This document shows, piece by piece, positions 53,104 to 64,000 of a stretch of DNA of 64,000 nt. A program made the position numbers and the translations under genes. The notes under the pieces are model-generated. The model had not been told where the DNA came from and did no database searches. It saw nothing but the letters and a program-made list of their open reading frames with translations. Source of the stretch: Chloroflexota bacterium (GTDB lineage: Bacteria; Chloroflexota; UBA11872); the NCBI GenBank assembly GCA_965220075.1, contig OZ244806.1, positions 268,647 to 332,646 of the forward strand, read 5' to 3'. Position 1 is the first letter of the stretch. The number at the start of each line of letters is the position of its first letter.

Positions 53104-53281
53104 AGACGTGGCGCGACGGCTCAATCCTACCCAACACGGCGCCTGCCTCCGTCCGGAGCGAGATATAGCGCGCCGCCGGTGGCCGCCTGGACCAAGACCT
53201 AGCGCTCCACTGCCCGCGCGCCCGCCGCGCCCGGCGCATGGCCCGCCCGCCGCAATCAAGACCGGCGGCATCCGAATGCGG

Positions 53282-53301
53282 GCGCGCTCCGCGAACCGCC
53301 C
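53282..53301. repeat. REP family A copy (GCGCGCTCCGCGAACCGCCC, imperfect)
   Basis: Read directly. Confidence 0.6.
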
Positions 53302-53365
53302 TACTACAGTCGGCCGCGCGGCCTGCGTACAATCGAGCCGCACACCCCGCGCTCCCCGGCACAGC

Positions 53366-54703
53366 ATGTTTGAGAGTCTGACCGAACGCTTGGGCGGGGT
53401 TTTTCGCCGCCTTGGCCGCCACGGGCGTCTCTCCGAGTCCGATGTGGACGCGGCGCTGCGCGAAGTCCGCATGGCGCTGCTGGAGGCCGACGTCAACTTC
53501 AAGGTGGCGCGCGACTTCGTGGCGCGCGTGCGCGAGAGGGCGGTCGGCTCCGAGGTGCTGCAGAGCGTCACGCCGGCGCAGCAGGTCGTGAAAATCGTCC
53601 ACGACAACCTCGTGGAGCTGCTCGGCGGCGCCGCGGTTCAGCTCGCCAAGGCCGCCGAGCCCGTAACCGTGATCGCGCTGGTCGGCCTGCAAGGCTCTGG
53701 AAAGACCACCGGCGCGGCCAAGCTGGCCCTGGCGCTCAAGCGCGGCGGCAACCGTCCTCTGCTGGTGGCGGCCGACACGCAGCGTCCGGCCGCGATTGAC
53801 CAGCTGGTCACGCTGGGACACCAGATTGACGTGCCCGTACACCGCGAGAAGGCGCGTGTAAGCCCGGTCAAGATCGCCGCCAACGGAGTCAAGCTGGCGC
53901 GCAAGGACGGCTTCACGCACGCCATCCTGGACACGGCGGGACGCCTGCAGCTCGATGACGCGCTGATGGCCGAGATCGAGCGGATTCGCGACCGCGTGAG
54001 TCCTCACGAGACGCTGCTGGTAGCCGACGCCACCACCGGCCAGGAGGCCGTGGCGGTGGCCAGCGAGTTCCACGCCCGCGCGCGCCTGACGGGGTTGATC
54101 CTGGCCAAGATGGACGGCGACGCGCGCGGCGGGGCGGCGCTTTCCATCCGCGCGGTGACCGGAGTCCCGATCAAGTTCTTGGGGCTTGGCGAGAAGATCG
54201 AGCCGCTGGAAATCTTCCATCCCGACAGGCTGGCCTCGCGCATTCTGGGCATGGGCGACATGGTCACGCTGGTCGAGCGCGCCCAGGAGATAGTCAGCGA
54301 GGAGCAGGCGCGCGAGCTGGAAGCGAAGATCCGCAAGGCCGCGTTCGGCCTCGACGATTTCCTGGACCAGCTGCGGCAGGTCCAGCGCATGGGCCCGTTG
54401 AGCCAAGTGCTGGGAATGCTGCCGGGGATGGGCGGGATGGCAAACAACGCCGATGTGCGCGCGGCGCTCGACGGCAAGGCGATGCGGCGGTTCGAAGCCA
54501 TCATCCTTTCCATGACGCCCGCGGAGCGCGCCAATCCCGACCTCATCAACGGGAGCCGTCGGCGGCGCGTGGCGGCGGGCAGCGGCGTCTCCGTGCAGGA
54601 AGTCAATCAGCTTCTCAAGCAGTTCAAGCAGGCCCGTCAGCTCATGCAGATGATCAGCAAAGGCCAGGTTCCGGCTAACTTGCGCGGTCTCCCCGGCCTC
54701 TAG
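53366..54703 (+). CDS. ffh: Signal recognition particle protein Ffh
   Basis: MFESLTERLGGVFRRL, GLQGSGKTT, DTAGR and the Met-rich M domain (GMLPGMGGM). The start lies at Met87 of the ORF. Confidence 0.95.
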   Translation: MFESLTERLGGVFRRLGRHGRLSESDVDAALREVRMALLEADVNFKVARDFVARVRERAVGSEVLQSVTPAQQVVKIVHDNLVELLGGAAVQLAKAAEPVTVIALVGLQGSGKTTGAAKLALALKRGGNRPLLVAADTQRPAAIDQLVTLGHQIDVPVHREKARVSPVKIAANGVKLARKDGFTHAILDTAGRLQLDDALMAEIERIRDRVSPHETLLVADATTGQEAVAVASEFHARARLTGLILAKMDGDARGGAALSIRAVTGVPIKFLGLGEKIEPLEIFHPDRLASRILGMGDMVTLVERAQEIVSEEQARELEAKIRKAAFGLDDFLDQLRQVQRMGPLSQVLGMLPGMGGMANNADVRAALDGKAMRRFEAIILSMTPAERANPDLINGSRRRRVAAGSGVSVQEVNQLLKQFKQARQLMQMISKGQVPANLRGLPGL

Positions 54704-54777
54704 TCAGACTCCGGCCCCGTAGCGCAACACCTCAAAAGGTGTGGGCATGGCACTCCGATGGCGGCTGAGCAGACCTC

Positions 54778-55668
54778 TCAAGCGAGCGCCTGCGCCGTCT
54801 GCTCGGCGGCGTGGTAGGAGCTGCGCACCAGCGGTCCCGCGAACACGTGGCGGAAACCGAGACTGCGGCCGTGGGCGGCCCACTTTTCGAACTCGCCGGG
54901 CGGCACCCAGCGCTCGACCGGCAGATGGCGCATGGAGGGCCGCAGGTATTGGCCGATGGTCACGATGTCGACGCCGGCCGAGCGAAGCTCGCGCATGACA
55001 AGCTCGATCTCAGCGCGCGATTCGCCCAGCCCCAGCATGAAACCCGACTTCGTGACCGTACCGGGCGAACGCCGCCGCACGTAGCGCAGCAGCGACAGCG
55101 ACTGCTCGAAATCGGCCTTAGGCCGCACGGACCCGTAGAGCCGCGGCGCCGTCTCGACGTTGTGGTTGTAGACGTCGGGCGCGGCGTCGACGACCGTGGC
55201 CACGGCGCTCAGCAGCCCTTGGAAGTCGGGCGTGAGCACCTCCACCCGCGAGCGCGGCGACGCGCGTTGCACGGCCGCCACGCAGGCGGCGAAATGGCCG
55301 GCTCCGCCGTCCGCCAGGTCGTCGCGGTCGACCGACGTGATCACCACGTGTTCGAGCTTGAGCTCGCGCGCCGCCAGGGCCAGCCGCAGCGGCTCCATTG
55401 GGTCTACCGCCTCCGGGCGTCCGGTAGTCACGGCGCAGAATCCGCAAGCGCGCGTGCAAATGCTGCCCAGGATCATGAAAGTGGCCGTGCCGCGGGCGTG
55501 GCAGTCGTCGGCGTTGGGACAGCGCGCCTCGTGGCAGACGGTGTGCAGCCGATGGCGCGCCAGGGTTTTGCGCAGGCCCTCGCTGGCGGAGGGCGGCTGG
55601 ACCGAAAGGCGCAGCCACGGCGGCTTGCGCAAACCGGCGCCCGGGTTGGCGGTGCGCCTAGTCGTCAT
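54778..55668 (-). CDS. lipA: Lipoyl synthase
   Basis: CHEARCPN auxiliary cluster motif and radical-SAM motif CTRACGFC. Confidence 0.93.
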   Translation of the reverse strand: MTTRRTANPGAGLRKPPWLRLSVQPPSASEGLRKTLARHRLHTVCHEARCPNADDCHARGTATFMILGSICTRACGFCAVTTGRPEAVDPMEPLRLALAARELKLEHVVITSVDRDDLADGGAGHFAACVAAVQRASPRSRVEVLTPDFQGLLSAVATVVDAAPDVYNHNVETAPRLYGSVRPKADFEQSLSLLRYVRRRSPGTVTKSGFMLGLGESRAEIELVMRELRSAGVDIVTIGQYLRPSMRHLPVERWVPPGEFEKWAAHGRSLGFRHVFAGPLVRSSYHAAEQTAQALA

Positions 55669-56398
55669 GCCGACCCGCGAGCGGCTGCAGTGCCTCGCGC
55701 AGTCTTTGCGCCACCGAGTCGCGCACTTCCGCGAAGCGTATGGGCACGCCCGCCTCGGCGGCCAGCGAGGTAAACCGCACGCTCTGCAGGCCGCAGGGCG
55801 TGAAGAGCTCGAACGGCGCGAGGTCCATATCCACGTTCAGCGCGAACCCGTGCATGGTCACCCAGCGCTTCACCTCGACTCCGATGCTGGCCAGCTTGCG
55901 GTGCTCCACCCAGACGCCGCGCAGACCGTCGCGCCGCCGGGCCCGCACGCCGAAGTCGGCGGCCGCGGCTATCAGGGCGGCTTCCAGGGCGCCGGCGTAA
56001 GCGTGGATATCGCGGCCGTAGTTGCGCAAGTCGACGATGGGGTAGCCCACCAGCTGCCCGGGCCCGTGGTAGGTCGCGCGCCCGCCGCGTCCGCTGCGCA
56101 GCACCTCGATCCCGCGAGCGGCCAGGGGCGCCAGCGCGACCGTCTCATGGGCCAGCTCGGAGCCGCGGCCCAGAGTGACCACCGGCGTATGCTCGAGCAG
56201 CAGCAACGCGTCGCCCCGCGAGCCGGCGCAACGGGCCGCGTGGCGGGCCTGCTGGAGCCTCAAGGCGTCCGCGTACCGCAGCCGGCCCAGCCATTCGGCG
56301 GGCAGTTCCGGCGCGTCAACTACGGCTAGCGCTTGGACCGGCCGCTGTTGAGGGTGGGAGGTCGCGTCCATGGTGAGAATCCGACGCCGCGCGTCCAC
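55658..56398 (-). CDS. lipB: Octanoyltransferase LipB
   Basis: RGGRATYHGPGQLVGYPI and the KLASIGV lysine motif. Overlaps the lipA start. Confidence 0.88.
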   Translation of the reverse strand: MDARRRILTMDATSHPQQRPVQALAVVDAPELPAEWLGRLRYADALRLQQARHAARCAGSRGDALLLLEHTPVVTLGRGSELAHETVALAPLAARGIEVLRSGRGGRATYHGPGQLVGYPIVDLRNYGRDIHAYAGALEAALIAAAADFGVRARRRDGLRGVWVEHRKLASIGVEVKRWVTMHGFALNVDMDLAPFELFTPCGLQSVRFTSLAAEAGVPIRFAEVRDSVAQRLREALQPLAGRHDD

Positions 56399-56538
56399 GC
56401 GCGCAAGTGCAAGCCGGAACCGGCGGCGCCGGAGGCCGTGTGGCGGCGGCCCTGGCTCGCTGTCATCGAGCAGGTTCGGGCGAGCATTGCCCGATACGCG
56501 TCAACGCGTTGCCTTCATCGGGGAAGGAACCCTCGGCG

Positions 56539-56682
56539 TTAGTGCTTCTTGAGACGGGCCGGAATCACGGCCCACATCGCGAAGAAGGCCACGAAGGCCA
56601 AAACTCCAAGAATCGCTTCTAGCGGCAACGGCATACCTCCAGCATCTCGCCGGGTCACCGGCGAGACGATTGTTGCCGCCAT
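56539..56682 (-). CDS. Small membrane protein (47 aa)
   Basis: ATG 56682 is preceded by GGAGG 4-5 nt upstream. MAATIVSPVTRRDAGGMPLPLEAILGVLAFVAFFAMWAVIPARLKKH has one TM helix. Confidence 0.5.
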   Translation of the reverse strand: MAATIVSPVTRRDAGGMPLPLEAILGVLAFVAFFAMWAVIPARLKKH

Positions 56683-56757
56683 ACGACCTCCTGGCACGCC
56701 GCGCGGTTCCGCCGACATTGTAGCGGCGCCAGGGCCCGCACGGTGTGCGGCCCGCAA

Positions 56758-57048
56758 TCACTGGCGCACGATCTCCCGCTCCTCGTCCACGACTTCGATG
56801 TCCAGGTGCAGCCCTTCCACGAAATCCACTATGCGCCCCAGCTGCCCGTCGACGTAGCGCGCGTCGCTGGACACGCACACCACGGCCACGACGGCGCGCT
56901 GTGGTCGGGGATCGGTGTCCACGTCAGCGGCCGCCGCGTTGAACGAGTGGCGCAGGCGGTCGGTCAACGCCTTTACCGACCGCCGCCGGTCCTTCAGCGA
57001 CTGCGCTGCGTGAATAGCCAGGCGCAAACGCAGAATGCCCACGTACAC
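56758..57048 (-). CDS. DUF503 (YlxP-like) protein
   Basis: MYVGILRLRLAIHAAQSLKDRRRSVKAL... Confidence 0.8.
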   Translation of the reverse strand: MYVGILRLRLAIHAAQSLKDRRRSVKALTDRLRHSFNAAAADVDTDPRPQRAVVAVVCVSSDARYVDGQLGRIVDFVEGLHLDIEVVDEEREIVRQ

Positions 57049-57146
57049 GAACCGAGTGTAGAGGGTCGACTGGAGCGTCGAGCTACACCGGCGACTTCAC
57101 TCATCCGGGCGGCCGCGCGAAAGTCGGCGGGAGAGCGGCGGTCCGG

Positions 57147-57947
57147 CTACCCGGCCCGGGTCACTTCCAATACGTGCGCGCGGGCGCGGCGCACGGCTTC
57201 GCTCACGCGGTCCAGCTCCCAATTCTCGGCGCCCTGCCACGCGAGGGTGAACATGCCGTTGTAGCCATGCTCTTCCAGCAGCGCCGTCATGCGGTCGAAG
57301 TCCACCGCGCCGTTGCCGGGAATCTGCTCGTCGGCGTCGCCGAACGTCTCTTCGCTGGCGGATTGAGCGGCGCTCCAGAGGTAGGCGTGCCCTACGCGGC
57401 CGCCCACCGCCTCCACCAGCCGCCGCAGCGGCACTCCGGCCGCCTGGGCGTGCGGCGGGCTGAGGCTCAACTGGACGCGTGGATGGCCCACGTCGTCCAG
57501 GAACCCGGAAGTGTCCTCCGGCCGGCCAACCCAGGTGCCGCCCCTGTTTGAGAGGCAGAGCGTGACTCCGGCCTCCTGGGCCGCTCGGCCCAGAGCGCGG
57601 GTATCGTCGGCGGCCTCGCGCCGCTCCTGATCGAGCGACGGCGCTTCCCCGATAACCGTGCGCGCTCCCAGAGCGCCGGCAAAGCCGAGCCGCGCGACCA
57701 TCTCGTCCCCGCTCAATCCGTAGGCGGAGAGCGAGGAAACCCGCAGGCCCGCTCCCTCGATCAGCGCGCGGACCGCGCCGGCATCGCTCTCGGCCGGATC
57801 TACGTGCTCGAGCTGGCCGGCGGCCGCCCACAGATCCACGTAGCCGATCTCCAGGCCCGCGATAGCTTCGAGCGCTTCCCCCAGGCTGAAGGATCGATAC
57901 AGCAACGTCGAGCAAGCGAGGCGGCTGGCAACGTCGTAGAAGAACAT
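57147..57947 (-). CDS. Sugar phosphate isomerase/epimerase (xylose-isomerase-like TIM barrel)
   Basis: Overall layout: LEIGYVDLW..., GARTVIGEAP... and LWSAAQ... 266 aa. Confidence 0.8.
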   Translation of the reverse strand: MFFYDVASRLACSTLLYRSFSLGEALEAIAGLEIGYVDLWAAAGQLEHVDPAESDAGAVRALIEGAGLRVSSLSAYGLSGDEMVARLGFAGALGARTVIGEAPSLDQERREAADDTRALGRAAQEAGVTLCLSNRGGTWVGRPEDTSGFLDDVGHPRVQLSLSPPHAQAAGVPLRRLVEAVGGRVGHAYLWSAAQSASEETFGDADEQIPGNGAVDFDRMTALLEEHGYNGMFTLAWQGAENWELDRVSEAVRRARAHVLEVTRAG

Positions 57948-58033
57948 TGGCTAAAGGCGGCAGCTCTGCGCCCGCAGGTCGCCCTAGATACGCGGCTCGC
58001 CTAATTGTCGCGCATTCCGCGCAATTAGGCCCG

Positions 58034-58906
58034 CTACTCGTACTCCCCGGCGAAGAACGGGTTGTGCGCGCGCTCCTCGGCCACCGTGGTCGGGGGACCG
58101 TGTCCCGCGAATATCTTCGTCTCGCCCGGCAGCGCGAGTATGTAATCGTGCACGGACGCCAGGTGCCCGGGGTAATACTGCGGCCCCAGCTTCGTGCCGC
58201 CCGCCGACCCCGCGAAGATTGCGTCGCCGGCCAGAACCGCGCCGCGCAGCGCAAAGGAAGTATGGCCGGCCGAGTGTCCGGGCGTTTGCAGCGCGCGGAT
58301 TTCGAACGGACCGGCGCTGAACTCGCAGTTTGCCTCGATCCGCCTGATGTCCGCGGCGTCCACGCCCTTCACCTGCGCCAGCTCGTCCACGTGCACCCAT
58401 ACCGGCACGCGCAGCTCCCGATATACGTCGGCCAGTGCATCCACGTGATCCGCGTCGCCATGCGTGATCAGGATCGCGGCGGTCCGCCAGCCCGCGCCGC
58501 GGAGGGTTCCCAGGATGCGTTCAGGCTCGGCGCCCGGGTCCACCACCAGCGCCTGGCCGCTCTCCGGATCTCCGATCAGGTACATGGTCACCCGCATGGG
58601 CGGGTAGGGCAGGAGCTTTATCTGCGCCCCGCCGGCCAGGACCGGCTCGACCGGTTCGGGCGCCCAGCTTTCGGTGGCGACCGCCCACAGCGAGGCCGCG
58701 TGCAGCCCCAGCGCGTCGGCCAGCCGGCCGGAGACCGCTTCCGACGGGGCTTGCTCGTACGCCTCCATGGCGGCCAGATGGGCCGCCGGAATGCCGGCCG
58801 CCTGGGCCACGCTCTGCGCGCTTAGCCCGCCGCCCGAGCGCGCCTTGGCGATGATGTCTCCAAACTCATCCTCGAGCTCATAAGCCACTGGCGATCCTCC
58901 AAGCAT
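58034..58906 (-). CDS. HTH (XRE-like) domain fused to an MBL-fold metallo-hydrolase
   Basis: N-terminal GLSAQSVAQAAGIPAAHLAAMEAYEQ. MBL motifs ILITHGDADH and TPGHSAGH. Confidence 0.8.
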   Translation of the reverse strand: MLGGSPVAYELEDEFGDIIAKARSGGGLSAQSVAQAAGIPAAHLAAMEAYEQAPSEAVSGRLADALGLHAASLWAVATESWAPEPVEPVLAGGAQIKLLPYPPMRVTMYLIGDPESGQALVVDPGAEPERILGTLRGAGWRTAAILITHGDADHVDALADVYRELRVPVWVHVDELAQVKGVDAADIRRIEANCEFSAGPFEIRALQTPGHSAGHTSFALRGAVLAGDAIFAGSAGGTKLGPQYYPGHLASVHDYILALPGETKIFAGHGPPTTVAEERAHNPFFAGEYE

Positions 58907-59028
58907 GGTTACCGCGCCGCATCCGGCTGATTAGGCGCGCGAGCGCGCCCCGGCCACCATTGAACTACGGCTGCCTCCGGCACGCCATCAGCTTATCCCC
59001 GCGGCCCGGTAGCGGCGGCCCTCGTGGG

Positions 59029-59066
59029 CGCCCTCCGCCGATCATGGGGCAGCCGCAAGGGTTGCC
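59029..59066 (+). repeat. REP family C copy with leader GCGCCCTCCGCCGATCATGGGGCAGCC and hairpin GGCAGCCGCAAGGGTTGCC
   Basis: The leader recurs at 60140-60163. Confidence 0.65.
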
Positions 59067-59089
59067 TCTATGCGGCGCGGCGCCTTGGA

Positions 59090-59107
59090 GGCGGTTCGCG
59101 AACCGCC
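59090..59107. repeat. REP family A copy (GGCGGTTCGCGAACCGCC)
   Basis: Perfect 18-nt palindrome. Confidence 0.75.
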
Positions 59108-59130
59108 CCGGCGTGGGCTTGCGGTCGCGC

Positions 59131-60123
59131 TCAGGCTATCCGGTCGAGGTCCTGCGCACGGATCTCGTGCCGCAGGGGGCGTCCGCCGAAGAACCGCTCG
59201 AACTCGTCCGCGATCATCTCGAGCTGGCGGGCGCGCGGCTCGCGCGCGACCCCGGCAACGTGCGGCGTCAGGATCACGTTGGGCAGCGATCGCAAGGGCG
59301 AGCTCGCCGGCAGGGGCTCTTCGTCGAATACGTCCAGCACGGCGTCGATCCGGCCCGCCCGCAAGGCCTCCAGCAGCGCCTGCTGATCCACCAGCCAGGC
59401 GCGCGCCGAGTTCACCAGCAGGGCGCCCTCGGGCATCAGCGCCAGCTGCTCCGCGCCGATCATGTGCCGGGTTTCGGGCAGGATCGGGGCGTGCAGGCTC
59501 ACGACGTCGCTGCTGGTCAGCAACTCGTGCAGCTCCAGCTTCCGCACACCTAGCTCGCGCGCCCGCTGGCCGCTCAGATAGGGGTCGTACACGACGATGT
59601 CGTCGGTGAAGGGCCGCAGCAGCGGGATCACCCGCACGCCCACCCGGCTGGCCCCCACCAGACCCACGCGCTTGCCCCGCAGCGAGCGGCTCATCTGACT
59701 GGGAAGCTCGTCGCCCCAGGCGCCGTCCGCGTGCAGCTGGCGGTTGTACTGCACGATGCGCCGCAGGCTGATCAGGATAGTCGTCAGCGTGTACTCGGCC
59801 ACCGCCTCCGCGAGCGCGGCCGCCGCGTGCGTGACCCTGATCCCCGCTCGCCAAACGGCCGGGTCGATCAGCCGCTTCACCGTGCCAGCGGCGTGGCCGA
59901 CGATCGCCAGGCGCGGCGCGGCCGCCAGCACGGCCGGACCGATAAGCGGGCTTCCCCAGGAGGTGACCAGCCCCTCGACCCGGTCGTCCAGGTGCTCGAC
60001 AAGCTCCTCGACCGACCACGGGTCCTGGCGTCCCGGAGTGACGATCCGGCCGGCCAGACCCAGCAGCTTCGTCTGCGCGGACGCGCTGCTGATCTCGTCC
60101 AGCAGCGACTCGTGAACGGCCAC
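59131..60123 (-). CDS. D-isomer-specific 2-hydroxyacid dehydrogenase
   Basis: GKRVGLVGASRVG NAD fold, and LLVNSARAWLVD...TPHVAG catalytic region. Confidence 0.88.
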   Translation of the reverse strand: MAVHESLLDEISSASAQTKLLGLAGRIVTPGRQDPWSVEELVEHLDDRVEGLVTSWGSPLIGPAVLAAAPRLAIVGHAAGTVKRLIDPAVWRAGIRVTHAAAALAEAVAEYTLTTILISLRRIVQYNRQLHADGAWGDELPSQMSRSLRGKRVGLVGASRVGVRVIPLLRPFTDDIVVYDPYLSGQRARELGVRKLELHELLTSSDVVSLHAPILPETRHMIGAEQLALMPEGALLVNSARAWLVDQQALLEALRAGRIDAVLDVFDEEPLPASSPLRSLPNVILTPHVAGVAREPRARQLEMIADEFERFFGGRPLRHEIRAQDLDRIA

Positions 60124-60139
60124 GACGATCGTACGCGCG

Positions 60140-60236
60140 GCGCCCTCCGATCATGGGGCAACCACGGGAGGAAACAGCTTCCTACGTTCCCTTATGGGCG
60201 TGCACGAATCACCAGGGCAACCAAAAGGGTTGTCCC
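60140..60236 (+). repeat. REP family C copies (GCGCCCTCCGATCATGGGGCAACC at 60140-60163; hairpin GGGCAACCAAAAGGGTTGTCCC at 60215-60236)
   Basis: Read directly. Confidence 0.65.
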
Positions 60237-60251
60237 TACGGGGCGTTGTCG

Positions 60252-61913
<1,662 letters not shown>

Positions 61914-61971
61914 CCCTTGACCCCCAACACCGTTGCTACGGCACCGCGTCGAGCGCCCGGGCCTTGCTTGG

Positions 61972-62721
61972 TCAGTCGGAGCTCGGCGCGCCGCCGGGCT
62001 CGGCGCCGGTCGCCCTGAACGGGTTAATCCACACCGGAATGCGGGGACGCCCGCGCAGCTTCGCGTAGCCGACGTAGGCCAGCGGACCCGCCAGCGCCGC
62101 GATCCAGGGCAGCCCGTGATGCAGGAAAGCCTGGGGCGCCCAGAGCGGGTGGATCGCCGTATCGTCCAGAATCAGCACCACGCCGATCCGGAAGATCAAC
62201 GCGCTGCCTAGGTAAACCAATAGCGGCACGCGCTCGGATATGAATGCGATCAGCCCGGCGCCGATGAAGAGCAGCGGGATCGAGAGCGCCAGCCCGAATA
62301 CGAGCAGAGGCACGTCGCCGTGCGCCGTGCCCGCCACCGTGAGGATGTTGTCCAGACTCATCACCACGTCGGCCAGGATGATCAGTTGGATGGCCTCGCG
62401 CAGTGAGCCGGCTTCGTGCTGCTGATGCGCCCCGCTGTCCTCCGGCTGCAAGAGCCGCCAGCCGACCCAGAAGAGCAGCACGCCGCCCACCGCGGCGATG
62501 GCCGGCACGCCCAGCAGAAGCGTGGCGATGGACGCGAAGAAGATGCGCAGCACGACCGCCGCGCCGGCCCCCACGATGATCGCGGTCCGCCGCTGCCGCC
62601 CGCGCAGACGGCTGGCGACCACGCCGATGACCACCGCGTTGTCGCCGCTCAGGATCAGGTCGAACAGAATGATCTGAACGACTCGCGTGACGATATCCGC
62701 GCTGAGCGGGTCGCCTTCCAC
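61972..62721 (-). CDS. TerC/Alx-family integral membrane protein
   Basis: LILSGDNAVVIGV and VMSLDNILTVAG. Confidence 0.85.
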   Translation of the reverse strand: MEGDPLSADIVTRVVQIILFDLILSGDNAVVIGVVASRLRGRQRRTAIIVGAGAAVVLRIFFASIATLLLGVPAIAAVGGVLLFWVGWRLLQPEDSGAHQQHEAGSLREAIQLIILADVVMSLDNILTVAGTAHGDVPLLVFGLALSIPLLFIGAGLIAFISERVPLLVYLGSALIFRIGVVLILDDTAIHPLWAPQAFLHHGLPWIAALAGPLAYVGYAKLRGRPRIPVWINPFRATGAEPGGAPSSD

Positions 62722-62987
62722 TGGCGCGATCAGGCTCGCGCGGCGACGGCGCCGCTGCGCTTCGGCGCCCTAGTCATGCGCCGGCCCGCGCTCCGGCCGC
62801 GCCTAGCGTGAACGTTCTCGAAGAAGGCGCCCCGCGGCGCAGCGCCCGCGGGGATCACGGGCGCGCAGTGGAGAACGCATTGAAGATCAAGCACGATGGT
62901 GCGGCGCGGATATTCGTAGCTGTCAGCGGCTCGTCCCGCTGAGTATACGCAGGGCTCCCTGAGCCGCCTGCGCGCCGGAGGTGGTGA

Positions 62988-63992
62988 ATGCGTTACACGG
63001 AGCTTGGGCGGACCGGCGTGCGGGTTTCCAGCATCACGCTGGGCTGCGCGTTCTTTGGAGGCCACGTCGACCGCGAGGAGAGCCGGCGCATTGTCCACCG
63101 CGCCCTGGACCTCGGCGTCAATTCCATCGACACGGCCGAGTCCTACCTGGACCCAAGCCCCGGCGTGTCCGAGGAGCTGCTTGGCGAGATCCTGCGGGGC
63201 CGCCGCCAGGAAGTCTTCCTGGCCAGCAAGGTGAACGCGCAGCGGGGTTGGCACGCGGCCGCCGTGAATCGAGGCCTTACCCGCCGCGTGGTCTTGCAAG
63301 CGGTCGAAGGCAGCCTGCGCCGCTTGAACACCGACCACCTCGACCTGATCTACGCCCACTCGCCCGACCCCACAACTCCGCTGGAGGAGACCCTCACCGC
63401 CTTCGACGATCTCGTTCGCGCCGGCAAGGTTCGCTACGCCGGCCTCTCCAATCACTCGGCGGCGCAGTTCGTGGAGGCCCTCTGGATCGCCGAGCGCCGC
63501 AACCTGCGACCGGTGGCCGCCACGCAGGACCTCTATAACCTGCTCGAGCGCGCGCCCGAGGCCGAGCTCTACCCCACCTGCAGACGCTTCGGGATCGGCG
63601 CGTTCGTGTACGCCGCGCTGGCGGGCGGCGTTCTCAGCGCCAAGTACTCGCAGGCCGTCGTGCGCGGCGAGGAAGCGCCTCCCAGCCGCAGCCGGCCCAC
63701 CTATTTCGGCCGGTCGGAAAGCGGGAGGGCGTCGTCCAGTCCGGTGCTCAACGACCACACGGTGACGGCCGCGGTCCGCCTGCGCGGCTGGGCCGAGGCC
63801 CGCGGCCACACGGCCGCGCAGGCCGCCGCGGCGTGGGTTCTGGGCGAACCGGCCGTAACGTCGGTCATTCTGGGCGTATCGTCGGTCGAGCAGTTGGAAG
63901 CCAACGCGCCCGGCTTTGACTGGGAGCTGACGCCGGCGGAGCGCGCGGAGGTCGGCGATCTGGTGGCCGCCGCCGCCGCGTCCCCGCCGTAG
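62988..63992 (+). CDS. Aldo/keto reductase
   Basis: MRYTELGRTGVRVSSITLGC, NSIDTAESY, DLIYAHSPD and YAGLSN. Confidence 0.9.
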   Translation: MRYTELGRTGVRVSSITLGCAFFGGHVDREESRRIVHRALDLGVNSIDTAESYLDPSPGVSEELLGEILRGRRQEVFLASKVNAQRGWHAAAVNRGLTRRVVLQAVEGSLRRLNTDHLDLIYAHSPDPTTPLEETLTAFDDLVRAGKVRYAGLSNHSAAQFVEALWIAERRNLRPVAATQDLYNLLERAPEAELYPTCRRFGIGAFVYAALAGGVLSAKYSQAVVRGEEAPPSRSRPTYFGRSESGRASSSPVLNDHTVTAAVRLRGWAEARGHTAAQAAAAWVLGEPAVTSVILGVSSVEQLEANAPGFDWELTPAERAEVGDLVAAAAASPP

Positions 63993-64000
63993 GGGCGCCC

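Noticed and set aside
52649-54406. 585-aa minus-strand ORF
   Set aside because: It is antisense to ffh and runs through tRNA-Glu. The composition is low-complexity and Arg-rich. Treated as a shadow ORF.

Overview
GC-rich bacterial chromosomal segment; composition was judged by eye, not computed. It appears to span the replication-origin neighbourhood. dnaA (30395-31756, minus) is followed on the same strand by soj/parA and spo0J/parB rather than dnaN. A cluster of DnaA boxes lies in the dnaA-soj spacer, and two parS sites are present: a perfect TGTTTCACGTGAAACA at 43432-43447 and a 1-mismatch copy at 28460-28475. Most of the roughly 55 protein genes are ordinary housekeeping or envelope genes. 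These include recA, usp, prs, ggt, PBP1A, a LysM/SH3 protein, PspC plus a LiaF-like protein, ffh, lipA/lipB, glyoxalase, TerC and several oxidoreductases. There are three canonical tRNAs: initiator Met, Arg-CCT and Glu-CTC.

Accessory content:
- An IS481-family element (19706-20968) has 52-bp inverted repeats and a 5-bp CTGGG target duplication, and is inserted in the loop of a REP-like palindrome.
- An IS110-family element (recombinase 60966-61913) has an upstream non-coding stretch that is a candidate bridge RNA.
- A phage packaging remnant (portal, terS-like, TerL; 16012-19435) abuts an overlapping small-protein/retropepsin-like protease pair.
- A VapBC module lies beside the initiator tRNA.
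- A divergent XRE switch carries a perfect 17-nt palindromic operator. It controls two unknown proteins and is co-oriented with a formylglycine-generating enzyme.
- A visibly lower-GC, decayed insert of about 2.9 kb lies between tRNA-Arg and tRNA-Glu. It is bracketed by ~250-bp direct repeats derived from the 3' end of a class II Fic gene. It contains a truncated NYN gene, an aberrant tRNA-like sequence and a frameshifted hydrolase.

Intergenic DNA is filled with at least five families of REP-like palindromic repeats. The many long ORFs antisense to real genes are treated as high-GC artefacts. The taxon is probably a high-GC lineage such as Chloroflexota/Thermomicrobia-like, inferred only from the style of the REP elements (low confidence). 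All calls come from reading the sequence and ORF translations; no database search was possible.
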